Below the pieces are notes generated by a model that was given only the letters and a program-made list of their open reading frames with translations, was not told the DNA's origin and made no database searches. From a virus, in IMG/VR virus record IMGVR_UViG_3300031949_000008, positions 1-64,000 of that record: a DNA stretch of 64,000 bases; one strand, written 5' to 3'. This document shows positions 1 to 9,772 of the stretch, piece after piece (within the stretch, counting starts at the first letter, position 1; each line of letters begins with the position of its first letter). The position numbers were made by a program, and so were the translations under genes.

Positions 1-2
1 TA

Positions 3-1181
3 TATAGTATTTTAACAACTATTTCTTATTATAAATTACGTGGAGAAATTCCAATATTACCTAATCTAACAATAGGGATAGATCCTGAATTCGAAATATT
101 TGATGGAAAGACATTTATTCGTGCTGATACTATTATACAAGACGATCCACATAACAATCCTAAAGAAATAGGGCATGATGGGCATCCACAAATCGGTGAA
201 TTAAGACCACACTTTGCACGTAATCCAATAGCACTTTCACGTAATATAAAACGTTCAGTTAAGAAACTGCTACGGTATATGGCTACAGTAAATAATAATT
301 ATAGAATTTATATTGGTGGAGGTATATCAGACCATTTGGGTGGACATATTCATTTTAATATGAATCTACCTAATGATCCTACAAAATTGCGGCATATTTT
401 ACATGATTTAGTTGGAATCCATATGCGACGAAGTATGAGTGATAAAAGTGTACGAAAAAATGGACGAGAGGCACAGAAATATATGGATAAAAATGGAGAA
501 GAAGTATTTAGACATACAGAGAGTCATAAACCAGGATTTGAATGGAGGATGCCTCCCTCATTTATACTTAATGATGACATATGTAAAGCTGTATTATGTA
601 CAGTATGGTGTGTGATTAAAGAATACTATGGTAAAGGATTTACAAAAACAACTTATGATCAACCAGATGAAGTAATAGATAAACTAAAATCTCTACAATT
701 ATATTCTTATTATAGTAGATGGATTGATAAATTCATTGAACTATTTATTCTGAACAAAACAAGTATGGAAGAAAAGGATTTAAAAAAGCATTGGAATATT
801 GCTATACCTGAATATAATATAACTATCAAATCAAATATTAATTGGATTAAACAATATTTTGTACCAGTACGAATGCCGTTAGTAAAGAATATACAGATTC
901 GTATTGATACAGTAGGTGGTGAGAATAGACTCACAGTTTATACTCATTTTAATCTTCCACAAGAAATTCATACTATAATAAATGATTTTGCTATTAAATA
1001 TATGGTACGTGCTACTATAGAAAAATATACAGATATGATCGAAGATTTAATATTATATATGCCATGGGTCGATCCTCAAGATACAAAAGTAGCATTTTCA
1101 CAATTGAAAGAAATTATAAAACTTATCATTAATGAGATTAATAAACAAAACATTGAAGCATCTAAACAAGTAGAATTTTAA
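3..1181 (+). CDS. phiEco32-like COOH-NH2 ligase type 2 (amidoligase), 5'-partial
   Basis: Frame is open from the window edge upstream of the track's 279 start and reads ...TIGIDPEFE...GELRP...GGHIHF, the family's signature motifs. Confidence 0.8.
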   Translation, partial: YSILTTISYYKLRGEIPILPNLTIGIDPEFEIFDGKTFIRADTIIQDDPHNNPKEIGHDGHPQIGELRPHFARNPIALSRNIKRSVKKLLRYMATVNNNYRIYIGGGISDHLGGHIHFNMNLPNDPTKLRHILHDLVGIHMRRSMSDKSVRKNGREAQKYMDKNGEEVFRHTESHKPGFEWRMPPSFILNDDICKAVLCTVWCVIKEYYGKGFTKTTYDQPDEVIDKLKSLQLYSYYSRWIDKFIELFILNKTSMEEKDLKKHWNIAIPEYNITIKSNINWIKQYFVPVRMPLVKNIQIRIDTVGGENRLTVYTHFNLPQEIHTIINDFAIKYMVRATIEKYTDMIEDLILYMPWVDPQDTKVAFSQLKEIIKLIINEINKQNIEASKQVEF

Positions 1182-1213
1182 TGTCAAACTAATCGTAGTT
1201 TTATATTTATATA
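1182..1213 (+). promoter_or_regulatory. Variant copy of phage promoter motif (TGTCAAA-N15-TATTTATATA)
   Basis: Matches the four core copies except for one mismatch in the upstream box, no C before TATTTATATA and 1-nt shorter spacing; intergenic, upstream of the GATase. Confidence 0.55.
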
Positions 1214-1257
1214 CAGCTCTTCGACGCCTAAGTCGTTGAGACGGAAGGAGAACGACT

Positions 1258-2589
1258 ATTTGCGGAATTCTTGGATTCATCACAGATAAGCCTTCAGCAG
1301 ATAATGCGAAATTTTTTAGACGATTATTACTGTTGTCAGAAAGCAGAGGAGCGGAAGCAACCGGTATCTGTTATAATAAGCAGAATAAAATTGTTATCGC
1401 TAAAGATCCTATATCTGCGTCTGTCTTTCTAAAAGAGATGATGCCAAAACATACTCCCGCTATAGAAAAGACACATGTGGCATTAGGACATACACGTTAT
1501 CCAACTATTGGAAGTCCTAAAGATAATAATAATAACCACCCTATAGAATCACAAAATTGGATTCTTATACATAATGGATCAGTAACATCAATGCCTCGTA
1601 TTAAGGATTATCCCTATAAAGGCCAAGTAGATACAGAAGTTCTATCAAGCTATATTGAAACTTATGGCTTAGAAAAAGGTTTACCTTATGTAGAAAGAGG
1701 ATCAGCGGCTGTAGCTGTTATGAATAAAAAAGATCCTTCTTCTATTTATTTGTGGAGAGAAGCAAGTCCTATTGTTCTAGCATACAATGAAACTTCTTCT
1801 ACACTATTTTTTGCATCACAACGGGATTTTTTGGAACGAAGTTTAGTAAATCTTATTGGATTCTTTTCATCTTTTATAATAAGAGAATTGCCAGCTAATC
1901 AACTTATACATATTACAACCAATCCAGTAAGTATAAAACATATAGGATATATTGAAGTCATGAAGTGGAATCATAATGTACATAACACTTGTATCGCAAA
2001 AGATACAACGAAAATAAATTATAAAAATAATAAAGATCTAGTATTTAATGTAGTAACAAAACGGTGGGAATTACCTGACACAAAGACTAATGTAGTTAAT
2101 ATAGATTCTATTAAAGTAGATCCACCTTTGTTACCAGTACATACGGAAATACAAACAAATATATTATTGAAAAAATTAGGCTTTTCAGAGATAGAAATTA
2201 ATCGTATGACATTTGCTACAAAAACTACAATTTTATACAATAATTATACACCAGAAGAGATTTATATAGACTCAGATGGAAATATAAAGAAATATTTAAA
2301 TGTATCTAATACAGCTGCTACTGCTATAAGTGAAGACTTATCAAATAAATATTATATTGGTGTATCTCATGATTATAAATCATGGATTAAATTAGAAGCT
2401 CCTAATAAAGGACATATATCAATTGATAGTAATCTGATAAAAAAGTGGGATACTACTAAAAAATCACATTTTATTATGACTGTGGATGATGCAGTAAAAG
2501 AGAATTTAATTGATGAAAAAGAACTATGGAGAGAAGAATGTAATATATTAGAACAAGCATTAGAAAATATGCCAGGCTTGGAGGAATAA
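1258..2589 (+). CDS. Class II (Ntn) glutamine amidotransferase with C-terminal extension; ATT start
   Basis: Frame extends to CGILGF at 1261 (N-terminal Cys nucleophile), preceded by ATT and an AAGGAG RBS; motifs SRG, GHTRYPT, NNHP, HNG, VDTE. Confidence 0.85.
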   Translation: MCGILGFITDKPSADNAKFFRRLLLLSESRGAEATGICYNKQNKIVIAKDPISASVFLKEMMPKHTPAIEKTHVALGHTRYPTIGSPKDNNNNHPIESQNWILIHNGSVTSMPRIKDYPYKGQVDTEVLSSYIETYGLEKGLPYVERGSAAVAVMNKKDPSSIYLWREASPIVLAYNETSSTLFFASQRDFLERSLVNLIGFFSSFIIRELPANQLIHITTNPVSIKHIGYIEVMKWNHNVHNTCIAKDTTKINYKNNKDLVFNVVTKRWELPDTKTNVVNIDSIKVDPPLLPVHTEIQTNILLKKLGFSEIEINRMTFATKTTILYNNYTPEEIYIDSDGNIKKYLNVSNTAATAISEDLSNKYYIGVSHDYKSWIKLEAPNKGHISIDSNLIKKWDTTKKSHFIMTVDDAVKENLIDEKELWREECNILEQALENMPGLEE

Positions 2590-2846
2590 TGCCATTAGAA
2601 ATATTAGAGAATAAAGTACTAGTAAAACCTACAATCGTATTTGGCATGTATTCTAATAGAAGATATTATATAATGCCTAATACATGGGATGTATGTCATG
2701 CATGCCTCTCACAACAGTGTGCTAATTTGACAGTTTATGTTAAAGATCCAAAATATCCCAATTCGGTGTACTGTACTAAAATCTGTGTAAGAAAAAATTA
2801 TATAAGGGAGAATGATGATGCAAGCCACATTATGGACGAAGGCTAA
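2589..2846 (+). CDS. Small protein, MPLEILENK-leader family (copy 1)
   Basis: RBS GAGGAA, coupled to the GATase stop; shared N-terminus; Cys-rich body. Confidence 0.7.
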   Translation: MPLEILENKVLVKPTIVFGMYSNRRYYIMPNTWDVCHACLSQQCANLTVYVKDPKYPNSVYCTKICVRKNYIRENDDASHIMDEG

Positions 2847-3249
2847 TATGAAAGTATTGTTAGATAAAGATATGAACATAATTGGATATCAAATAGATGA
2901 ATCATCTTTAAAAATATTAAAAATTTTGGTGCCTGAATATCCATATCCAAATGGTACTAAGAAGACATTAATACTTCCAGATATATATATTAAACTTGTC
3001 TATGAAAAAGAGAAAATTGAGAATGAGTTCGCCAATTTAGTATCATTTGAACTAAATGATTCGTTGTCCATTTTCTATGATAAGATAACATTTAATATTA
3101 AAGAAGCAGTATCTATACAAACAGATGAAAATATGATAGATGATGATGGAAGTACATGTTCAGGATTTTCTCCAACAAGTGAAATATATGAACATACATA
3201 TCTATGTGTTAATTGTGAAAATAAACGATATTGTATACCACAATGTTGA
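2812..3249 (+). CDS. Hypothetical protein with Cys-rich C-terminus
   Basis: ORF track; GGGAG RBS. Confidence 0.55.
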   Translation: MMMQATLWTKANMKVLLDKDMNIIGYQIDESSLKILKILVPEYPYPNGTKKTLILPDIYIKLVYEKEKIENEFANLVSFELNDSLSIFYDKITFNIKEAVSIQTDENMIDDDGSTCSGFSPTSEIYEHTYLCVNCENKRYCIPQC

Positions 3250-3258
3250 GGTGATACA

Positions 3259-4023
3259 ATGAAGAGAATTAAAATAGGTGCCGACCCCGAATTTTGTATC
3301 TTAACTCCTACAAATAAATTACTAAATGCACGTCATATTTGTCTTGATGGTAATAAAAGAAAAAAGTTTGGACGAGAAAATGTAGCATTTGAATTGCGTC
3401 CTGATCCATCATATAATATATTTGTTATAATTGCTAATATTCGTCACCTATTAGTCAATACTATTAATAAATATCCTATATTAAAGAAATGTAAATTTAT
3501 AGCTGGTCATTGTGTTGTAGATCAGCCTATTGGTGGACATATTCATTTTGAGATGGATGGAGATGGTGAATTAAATGATAAATTATTTAAATATTTCATT
3601 GATAAAGTATTATACAGGGGTCTGGCTGAAATTATTGATGATAAACCTGGATTACGAATGCGTAGAAAATATGAATATGGTAAGAGACGAGATTTTAGAA
3701 ATGATAATGGTGTATCTATTGAATATAGATCTTCTATATCCTGGTTATATTCTCCCTCAGTAGCATTTATATATTTAACTTTGGCAAAGATTTGTGGTTT
3801 ACTTTATCTTAATAGATATAAATTTAATATTAATATTGACACTATAAATAATACAAAACGGTCTGGACGCATACTTTTACGTCGGATCATTACATTAGTA
3901 GAATGTCAATATGAATTAATGGAAGAAAAAGATATATATAAATGTGTAGCATTAATAAAACGTTTACCTACGGTTGTTAATATTAATTGGAGTAAAGATT
4001 TTAAATCTAATTGGCAGATTTAA
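3259..4023 (+). CDS. Second phiEco32-like COOH-NH2 ligase type 2
   Basis: KIGADPEF, FELRP, GGHIHF, IEYR motifs. Confidence 0.85.
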   Translation: MKRIKIGADPEFCILTPTNKLLNARHICLDGNKRKKFGRENVAFELRPDPSYNIFVIIANIRHLLVNTINKYPILKKCKFIAGHCVVDQPIGGHIHFEMDGDGELNDKLFKYFIDKVLYRGLAEIIDDKPGLRMRRKYEYGKRRDFRNDNGVSIEYRSSISWLYSPSVAFIYLTLAKICGLLYLNRYKFNINIDTINNTKRSGRILLRRIITLVECQYELMEEKDIYKCVALIKRLPTVVNINWSKDFKSNWQI

Positions 4024-4221
4024 ACTTTATGAGGTATATTATGATATGTTGTATGTGTGGTGAATATTATGATTCTGGAATAGAAGATATTATACATATG
4101 TGCAAAAAATGTAAATTTACAATTGATTCAGATGTTACTACTGTAGCAAATAAAGAAGAGATCAAAGCTATACAGGATCTTATTCACATTGAAGATTTAA
4201 TTGTATGAATGGATGAGAACT

Positions 4222-4377
4222 ATGGCACATATAAATTATAGACGCAAATCTAAAATAAGAAAACCAATTCTACAAAAGCCCAATAAGGTAATACCACCTG
4301 ATTCTCTTTATGATAGAAATAAGGAAAAGAAATATTGGACAAGAGATTGGTTTATGAAGGAAGAAGATTTAATATAG
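4222..4377 (+). CDS. Small basic hypothetical protein (51 aa)
   Basis: Manually translated ATG-TAG ORF (MAHINYRRKSKIRKP...) filling the gap. Confidence 0.45.
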   Translation: MAHINYRRKSKIRKPILQKPNKVIPPDSLYDRNKEKKYWTRDWFMKEEDLI

Positions 4378-4386
4378 GAGGAATTA

Positions 4387-4575
4387 ATGTCTATTAGATT
4401 AATAGCAGTCATAAATATGAAATGTGATAATTGTACATATCAAGATAGAAAAATAGATCTAAGTGCGTCACCATTTCATTCATCTTATAATTTGATAGGA
4501 TTCTGTCATAAGTATAGTGCTTGGGTGACATTACTAAAAGATAAAGAATTTCACATATTAATTTGTGAGGAATAA
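4387..4575 (+). CDS. Small Cys-containing hypothetical protein
   Basis: GGAGG RBS; ORF track. Confidence 0.55.
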   Translation: MSIRLIAVINMKCDNCTYQDRKIDLSASPFHSSYNLIGFCHKYSAWVTLLKDKEFHILICEE

Positions 4576-4794
4576 ATGTCATTAGAAATGTTAGAAAATA
4601 AACAACCTTTATATTATATAAAGCGCACACCATCCGGTACTACGTATCTATCATGTTGTTTTATATGTAATACTGAACTTCAGTATCAGCCTACTTATAG
4701 ACACCTATGTAATCCATGTAGTACTAGTATGAGTTTTAATCATAGAATAAAACTATGGAAAGCAGCTCAAGATAAATATCCTGAATTAATATAA
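4576..4794 (+). CDS. Small Zn-finger-like protein, leader family (copy 2, MSLEMLENK)
   Basis: Shared N-terminus; CxxC...CxxC. Confidence 0.7.
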   Translation: MSLEMLENKQPLYYIKRTPSGTTYLSCCFICNTELQYQPTYRHLCNPCSTSMSFNHRIKLWKAAQDKYPELI

Positions 4795-4812
4795 ATAATA
4801 AAGGAGGATTAC

Positions 4813-5007
4813 ATGTCTTTTAAATTTGTAGTAGAACGTATGCAGAATAATATTACTGTGCATATTCAAGCACAGACTATTGTAGAAGCTCAGAGTATTT
4901 TAGCATTTATCCCTAAAGTCGAGAGAGGAGGAGTTTACCCCTTATATACAGTAGAGGATTTACTTCCACAAGTAATCTCTGATGAAGATGAAAAAGGAGA
5001 CATCTGA
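4813..5007 (+). CDS. Hypothetical protein
   Basis: AGGAGG RBS; ORF track. Confidence 0.55.
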   Translation: MSFKFVVERMQNNITVHIQAQTIVEAQSILAFIPKVERGGVYPLYTVEDLLPQVISDEDEKGDI

Positions 5008-5234
5008 TGAAGTTAGAAAAGAAGACAGCAAATGGAATTGCTGAAAAATGTGCAATAGAATTAATATCTTCTTTAGGAGCAGATAATATTTCACAGATTC
5101 CATATGATGTAGTATTATCCGAAATGGCTGAAATGATGGAAGATATTGAAGATAAGATGGATATTATCGTTAATAGGCAAATGGAAAAAACTATGACAGC
5201 TATTAAAAATATTGATGATTTGTGGGAGGAATAA
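5007..5234 (+). CDS. Hypothetical acidic protein
   Basis: AAGGAG RBS; coupled start. Confidence 0.55.
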   Translation: MKLEKKTANGIAEKCAIELISSLGADNISQIPYDVVLSEMAEMMEDIEDKMDIIVNRQMEKTMTAIKNIDDLWEE

Positions 5235-5528
5235 ATATCATTAGAAATATTAGAGAATAAAATACCACTTTGGCTTTGTAGATGTAATAGATTTGACTAT
5301 GTAAAAGCATATACTGGTAACGCTTAAAGAAGGAATGAAAGGGCATATGTAACTATTGATTATATACGATTTTTTGATATTAATAAATTTCAGCCAAAAG
5401 AATTAGTACAATTTCAATTTACTCAACATGAATATAACAACAGAGTGTTAGCTGAATATATATGTCCGACATGTAATAGACTATATGCAAGAATAGTAGA
5501 AAATCCTAATTATAAGAAAGAGGACTAA
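5235..5528 (+). pseudogene. Degenerate leader-family ORF (copy 3): ATA at the start position and an internal TAA
   Basis: GAGGAATAA then ATA-TCA-TTA-GAA-ATA-TTA-GAG-AAT-AAA; TAA at 5325-5327; same frame continues to 5528 with CPTC. Confidence 0.6.
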
Positions 5529-5533
5529 ATAAT

Positions 5534-5566
5534 TGTCACAAATAAGTGCTCTTCCCTATTTATATA
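5534..5566 (+). promoter_or_regulatory. Phage promoter motif TGTCACA-N15-CTATTTATATA
   Basis: Same bipartite motif and spacing as at 23078, 46657(-) and 52165; upstream of the SNF2 helicase. Confidence 0.75.
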
Positions 5567-5583
5567 GATAGAAAGGCATTTAT

Positions 5584-6999
5584 TTGATTAGAACTAAGTT
5601 AAGACAATATCAACTAAATAATCTTAAATTTCATTTAACCAAGAATAAATCATTAGATTTTTCAGAAATGGGTTTAGGAAAGACTTTAATCTCATTAAGC
5701 AAAATAGATATTCTACAACGAAAACAATTAATTACAGCCACACTTATTATCTGTTCTAAATCTGTTATACAAGTATGGAAATCAGAAATAGAAAAACATT
5801 CTGATTTTACATATATTATATTAGAAGGATCATTAGAAAATAAAATACGATTATTAACAATAAATTCAAATATTTATCTCATTTCATATGATGCTATTGC
5901 AGGCCGAAAACGTACATTAGGAGTACTATTACATTTTTTATTATTAAAAAAATTTGATATGGTAGTATTGGATGAAATAACTTATGTACAGCATTATAAT
6001 ACATTACGAACAAAAGCTATTACATCATTATGTGACCATATAAAATATAGTATATCCCTGAGCGGAACACCCATCACAAATGCACCAGAGGCTGTTCTAA
6101 CCCTCTTTAGAGTAGCAGATAGTGGTCAGACCTTCGGTAGAAATTATTTTGCAGCCAGAGGGCATTTCTTTAACAATCATGGGTATGGATTCCCTGACTG
6201 GCGATTAAAAGAGGATAGAATAGAAGAATTCCAGCAAAGATTATTTTTTAATGCCGTAAGACTTCTAAAATCAGAATGCCTAGATCTACCAAAAAAGATA
6301 TATACTGAACGATATTCAGAGCTTACGGGAATTCAAAAAGAAATATATGTTAAAGTTGCTGATGAATTATTACGGGAATTGATCTTACCATCTGGCAAAG
6401 TTAAAATACAGAATAGTCTCGTTAAGTTAGCCAAGTTATCGCAAATAACATCTGGTTTTATATATACTGACAGAGAGGTACAACTTTTTCCAGAAAATCC
6501 TAAATTAGAATTATTAAAGGAAGTTCTGACAGAAATTCAAAGTAATGAAAAGATAATTATCTTTGTCAAGTGGCGACAAGATATTATCAATATTTCTAAT
6601 ATGTTAGATAATATAGGAGTAAAATATGTTATATTACAAGGTGCTACAACTGATAGGGCTTCTGTTATTGATAGGTTTAATAGCGAAAGTGGGATTCAAA
6701 TTCTCTTATCCCAAATCACAGTGGGAGCCTTTGGACTTAATCTTACTGTCAGTAGCCATATTTTGTTTTATAGTCTTGGCTTCTCTCTAATAGAGTATTT
6801 ACAATCACAAGATCGAATACACCGTTTAGGACAGACACAACCTTGTATTTATATTAATTTATTATGTAACAAGACCATTGATGAATATGTTTATAATACA
6901 TTACAACAGAAGGTAGATGTGGCTAAATCATTATTAGATAAATCCTACATAGAAAAATTAAAGGAGAGTTTAAATGGGATTAGAAATATTAACAAATAG
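5584..6999 (+). CDS. SNF2-family helicase/ATPase
   Basis: EMGLGKT, LDE, LSGTP, GLNL, QSQDRIHRLGQ motifs. Confidence 0.9.
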   Translation: MIRTKLRQYQLNNLKFHLTKNKSLDFSEMGLGKTLISLSKIDILQRKQLITATLIICSKSVIQVWKSEIEKHSDFTYIILEGSLENKIRLLTINSNIYLISYDAIAGRKRTLGVLLHFLLLKKFDMVVLDEITYVQHYNTLRTKAITSLCDHIKYSISLSGTPITNAPEAVLTLFRVADSGQTFGRNYFAARGHFFNNHGYGFPDWRLKEDRIEEFQQRLFFNAVRLLKSECLDLPKKIYTERYSELTGIQKEIYVKVADELLRELILPSGKVKIQNSLVKLAKLSQITSGFIYTDREVQLFPENPKLELLKEVLTEIQSNEKIIIFVKWRQDIINISNMLDNIGVKYVILQGATTDRASVIDRFNSESGIQILLSQITVGAFGLNLTVSSHILFYSLGFSLIEYLQSQDRIHRLGQTQPCIYINLLCNKTIDEYVYNTLQQKVDVAKSLLDKSYIEKLKESLNGIRNINK

Positions 7000-7306
7000 T
7001 CTAATAGGAATTTGTGTAGGTCAGATATATAAGACATTCGGATCTCCATTTATGCCTAATTCAAGAATAAAAATTACCAACGTAGAATTATGTAAGGAGT
7101 GTCCAGTTAAAACAGATAACCTGACAAGATGTGATCATAATCTTAAACCAGAAAATATGCAAAAACTTGGCATAGTGCCATGCAAGGTAAGTTATGAATA
7201 TCTAGATGATGGTGAGAAATTTACTAGATGCATAGAATCATTTTATAGAGAGCCAGCAACAGCACAATTAATAGGAGAAGATAATGATAAGGAGACAGTT
7301 AGATAG
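6974..7306 (+). CDS. Leader-family protein (copy 4, MGLEILTN)
   Basis: AAGGAG RBS; variant of the shared N-terminus; several Cys. Confidence 0.65.
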   Translation: MGLEILTNSLIGICVGQIYKTFGSPFMPNSRIKITNVELCKECPVKTDNLTRCDHNLKPENMQKLGIVPCKVSYEYLDDGEKFTRCIESFYREPATAQLIGEDNDKETVR

Positions 7307-7360
7307 AGATGAAATTAATCCTAATATATATATGTAGAATCTGTAGAGGGAATTTTTGAT

Positions 7361-7648
7361 GTGATCTTCCTTGGCGATTGTATAGGTATAGGATTATCAC
7401 ATAGATCTCAAGATGATGAACATATACTATTTAGTATTTTATATGAGGATGACGGACATTGGTTTCCATCACTCAATCCAGCTAGTTCGTTTTGGATTAA
7501 TGATCTTAAGGAAGTAATAGATGATGTAATAATATATCTAAATAATTGGGCTAACAGTGGTGATTATGGCTGGACGTTTAAATATTGTGAAGAATGTAAT
7601 CAACTTGGAGATAAATGTATTTGTGGTGAAATTGATAGTCTCACCTAA
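7361..7648 (+). CDS. Hypothetical protein (possibly frameshifted from an ATG at 7284)
   Basis: ORF track; (AT)5 tract at 7324-7333. Confidence 0.5.
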   Translation: MIFLGDCIGIGLSHRSQDDEHILFSILYEDDGHWFPSLNPASSFWINDLKEVIDDVIIYLNNWANSGDYGWTFKYCEECNQLGDKCICGEIDSLT

Positions 7649-7662
7649 ATTAGGAGAATAAA

Positions 7663-8589
7663 ATGGAAGTAGTTGAGTTATTTAAAAAATTGGAAATAGG
7701 TCATAATTTAATAAAACAGGGACAGAATGATACTGCTTTTGTTATATTTGCTGAAATTTTAGCAGAACCAAACTGCCCAAAAAATCTTAAGATTACAGTG
7801 GAACGTGCTGTAGATCAATTACAACAGAAAGAAATTGTAGAATCTAATAAAACTGTGCAACAAGAACTTCAACAGGGAGGGGGAAAATCTTCTTTATTAA
7901 AAGGCAATATCCTACAAGTGGATGTATTTACATTAGATTCTATTCCACAACTTGAAGATAAAATGCCTATATCAGATATAGATTATAATAGACTTAAAGA
8001 AGGTATTAAGAAACGTGGAATTCAAGTACCATTAGTAGCTTTGCCCACTTTCAAATTAGTCTGTGGTTACAATAGATTAAAGATCGCAAAAGAGTTAGGA
8101 TTAAAGACAGTGCCTGTAGAATTTAAAGATATACCATATCAACAGTTATTTGAATATGCAATGAAAGATAATATAGAACGACGCCATCTTACACAAGAGC
8201 AAGTGATTGCATATATTGAAGAGGTTACTACGCAAGGAACAGGCCGACCAAAGAAAGGAAGCAGAACTAAAACTAATGAAGAGATTGCAGAAACATTAGG
8301 AGTATCTGAACGTACTGTTCAACGTGCTAAAATAAAAGCAAAGAAATATAATAAAATGTTAGCAGAGTCACCTGATCTTAAAGGTAAAAGTATTAAGGAT
8401 GTATTAGAAGGCGAAAAACCAATTGATAGGTTTGTTACTAAATTTGATTGTACTATGGGAGTAGATGACATAGAAGAAGAAATGAGTAATTCTACAGCTA
8501 AAATAATTGATACAATATTTAAATTGAATCCTAATAATGGAGATAAGATTAAAATAGTAACACAGATTTATCTTAAAAGGAGAAAATAA
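7663..8589 (+). CDS. ParB/Srx-domain protein with HTH
   Basis: IKKRGIQVPL, CGYNRLKIAKELG, DNIERRHLT; HTH EIAETLGVSERTVQR. Confidence 0.8.
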   Translation: MEVVELFKKLEIGHNLIKQGQNDTAFVIFAEILAEPNCPKNLKITVERAVDQLQQKEIVESNKTVQQELQQGGGKSSLLKGNILQVDVFTLDSIPQLEDKMPISDIDYNRLKEGIKKRGIQVPLVALPTFKLVCGYNRLKIAKELGLKTVPVEFKDIPYQQLFEYAMKDNIERRHLTQEQVIAYIEEVTTQGTGRPKKGSRTKTNEEIAETLGVSERTVQRAKIKAKKYNKMLAESPDLKGKSIKDVLEGEKPIDRFVTKFDCTMGVDDIEEEMSNSTAKIIDTIFKLNPNNGDKIKIVTQIYLKRRK

Positions 8590-8783
8590 TGGATAGATTT
8601 TTACAAATAAAAATAAAAGATAATTGTATAAAATGTCCATATTGTAATTATGAAGACAGTGATTATATCTGTACCTTAGCAGAACGACGTTTTATTTTAT
8701 ATTTAGGAGAACATACATGGGAATACGAAAAAAGAATTCCAGAATGGTGTCCTCTTCCTATATTTCAAGGAGAAAATGAATGA
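8589..8783 (+). CDS. Small Cys-rich protein
   Basis: CxxCPYC...IPEWCPL. Confidence 0.6.
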   Translation: MDRFLQIKIKDNCIKCPYCNYEDSDYICTLAERRFILYLGEHTWEYEKRIPEWCPLPIFQGENE

Positions 8784-9022
8784 AATATTTCATATCATTT
8801 ATTGAAGAAGGAATAATGAATCCAAAATATTATGACTATATTGGAGGAAGAATAGAAGTATGTTTACAAGAAAGTAATTTTAATATAGAAGAAATTAGAT
8901 TTTTTACTAAAGATAAAAATGGATTTAATCATCTACGAGAATTATGGGATTGGACATCTATAGAGGAAGATGAATTAGAAGACTTACGAGAAATTATTAT
9001 AGATAACTATCAGGAGGAATAA
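8780..9022 (+). CDS. Hypothetical protein
   Basis: AAGGAG RBS; overlapping start. Confidence 0.55.
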   Translation: MKYFISFIEEGIMNPKYYDYIGGRIEVCLQESNFNIEEIRFFTKDKNGFNHLRELWDWTSIEEDELEDLREIIIDNYQEE

Positions 9023-9184
9023 ATGTTAATGAAATGTAAAACACATCCAAACTACCAGGGTATATGTAAACCAAGAGTGGATTGCTTAGAATGTTGGAAA
9101 ATATATGCTGAATATATCGGTAAAGAACTAGACTATATGACAATTCTTTTTGAGCATTATAAATCACGCAGTAAGGAGAAATAA
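9023..9184 (+). CDS. Small Cys/His-rich hypothetical protein (53 aa)
   Basis: Manually translated MLMKCKTHPNYQG...CLECW; GGAGG RBS. Confidence 0.55.
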   Translation: MLMKCKTHPNYQGICKPRVDCLECWKIYAEYIGKELDYMTILFEHYKSRSKEK

Positions 9185-9186
9185 CA

Positions 9187-9332
9187 TGAGAAAAATATTT
9201 ATTCATCCAATAGGAAATTGTACATATAAAGCAACATTAATGAAACTAGTAGAAGATCAATATGGTTCTACATGGGAATATATTGATCACTGGATTTTTG
9301 AAGAATTAGAATTGGAATTACAGGTGAAATAA
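9187..9332 (+). CDS. Small hypothetical protein (MRKIFIHP...; end coordinate approximate, as in ORF track)
   Basis: AAGGAG RBS upstream of the internal ATG of track ORF 9150..9332. Confidence 0.4.
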
Positions 9333-9772
9333 TGACTAAAGAGGAATTAAAACTTTTAAAAATTGAACGCAAAGAAAATCATATGTGTATACACTGTGGT
9401 AAATATTTAGATTCACAAGCAACTCGTGAAACCTGTAATCAATGTAACCGAATAGGACATTTAGCGAATGGAGATGGAGGTTGGCGCTGGAAATTAAATC
9501 GTCAAGTATTGACAGCATATAATAATGTTTGCGCTTGTTGTGGTGAGCGTAACCAATTCTTTTTAACTTTGGATCATAAAGAAGGCGGAGGAAATATACA
9601 TAGAAAAGAAGTACGTAAGATGGGCAGCAATGATTGGTATAAGTGGGTTATAGAAAATAACTTTCCTGAAGAATTTCAACTATTATGTTATAATTGCAAT
9701 TTAGGTAGAGAAAGAAATGGTGGCATTTGTCCACATCATGATGAAAGATTAAAGGAGGATACATGCCTTTAG
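9332..9772 (+). CDS. HNH-type endonuclease
   Basis: CACCGE...LTLDH...QLLCYNCN. Confidence 0.75.
   Translation: MTKEELKLLKIERKENHMCIHCGKYLDSQATRETCNQCNRIGHLANGDGGWRWKLNRQVLTAYNNVCACCGERNQFFLTLDHKEGGGNIHRKEVRKMGSNDWYKWVIENNFPEEFQLLCYNCNLGRERNGGICPHHDERLKEDTCL

Noticed and set aside
5325-5327. Stop-codon reassignment suggested by the in-frame TAA
   Set aside because: Isolated case; long conserved genes are intact in code 11, and TAA, TAG and TGA all terminate genes.
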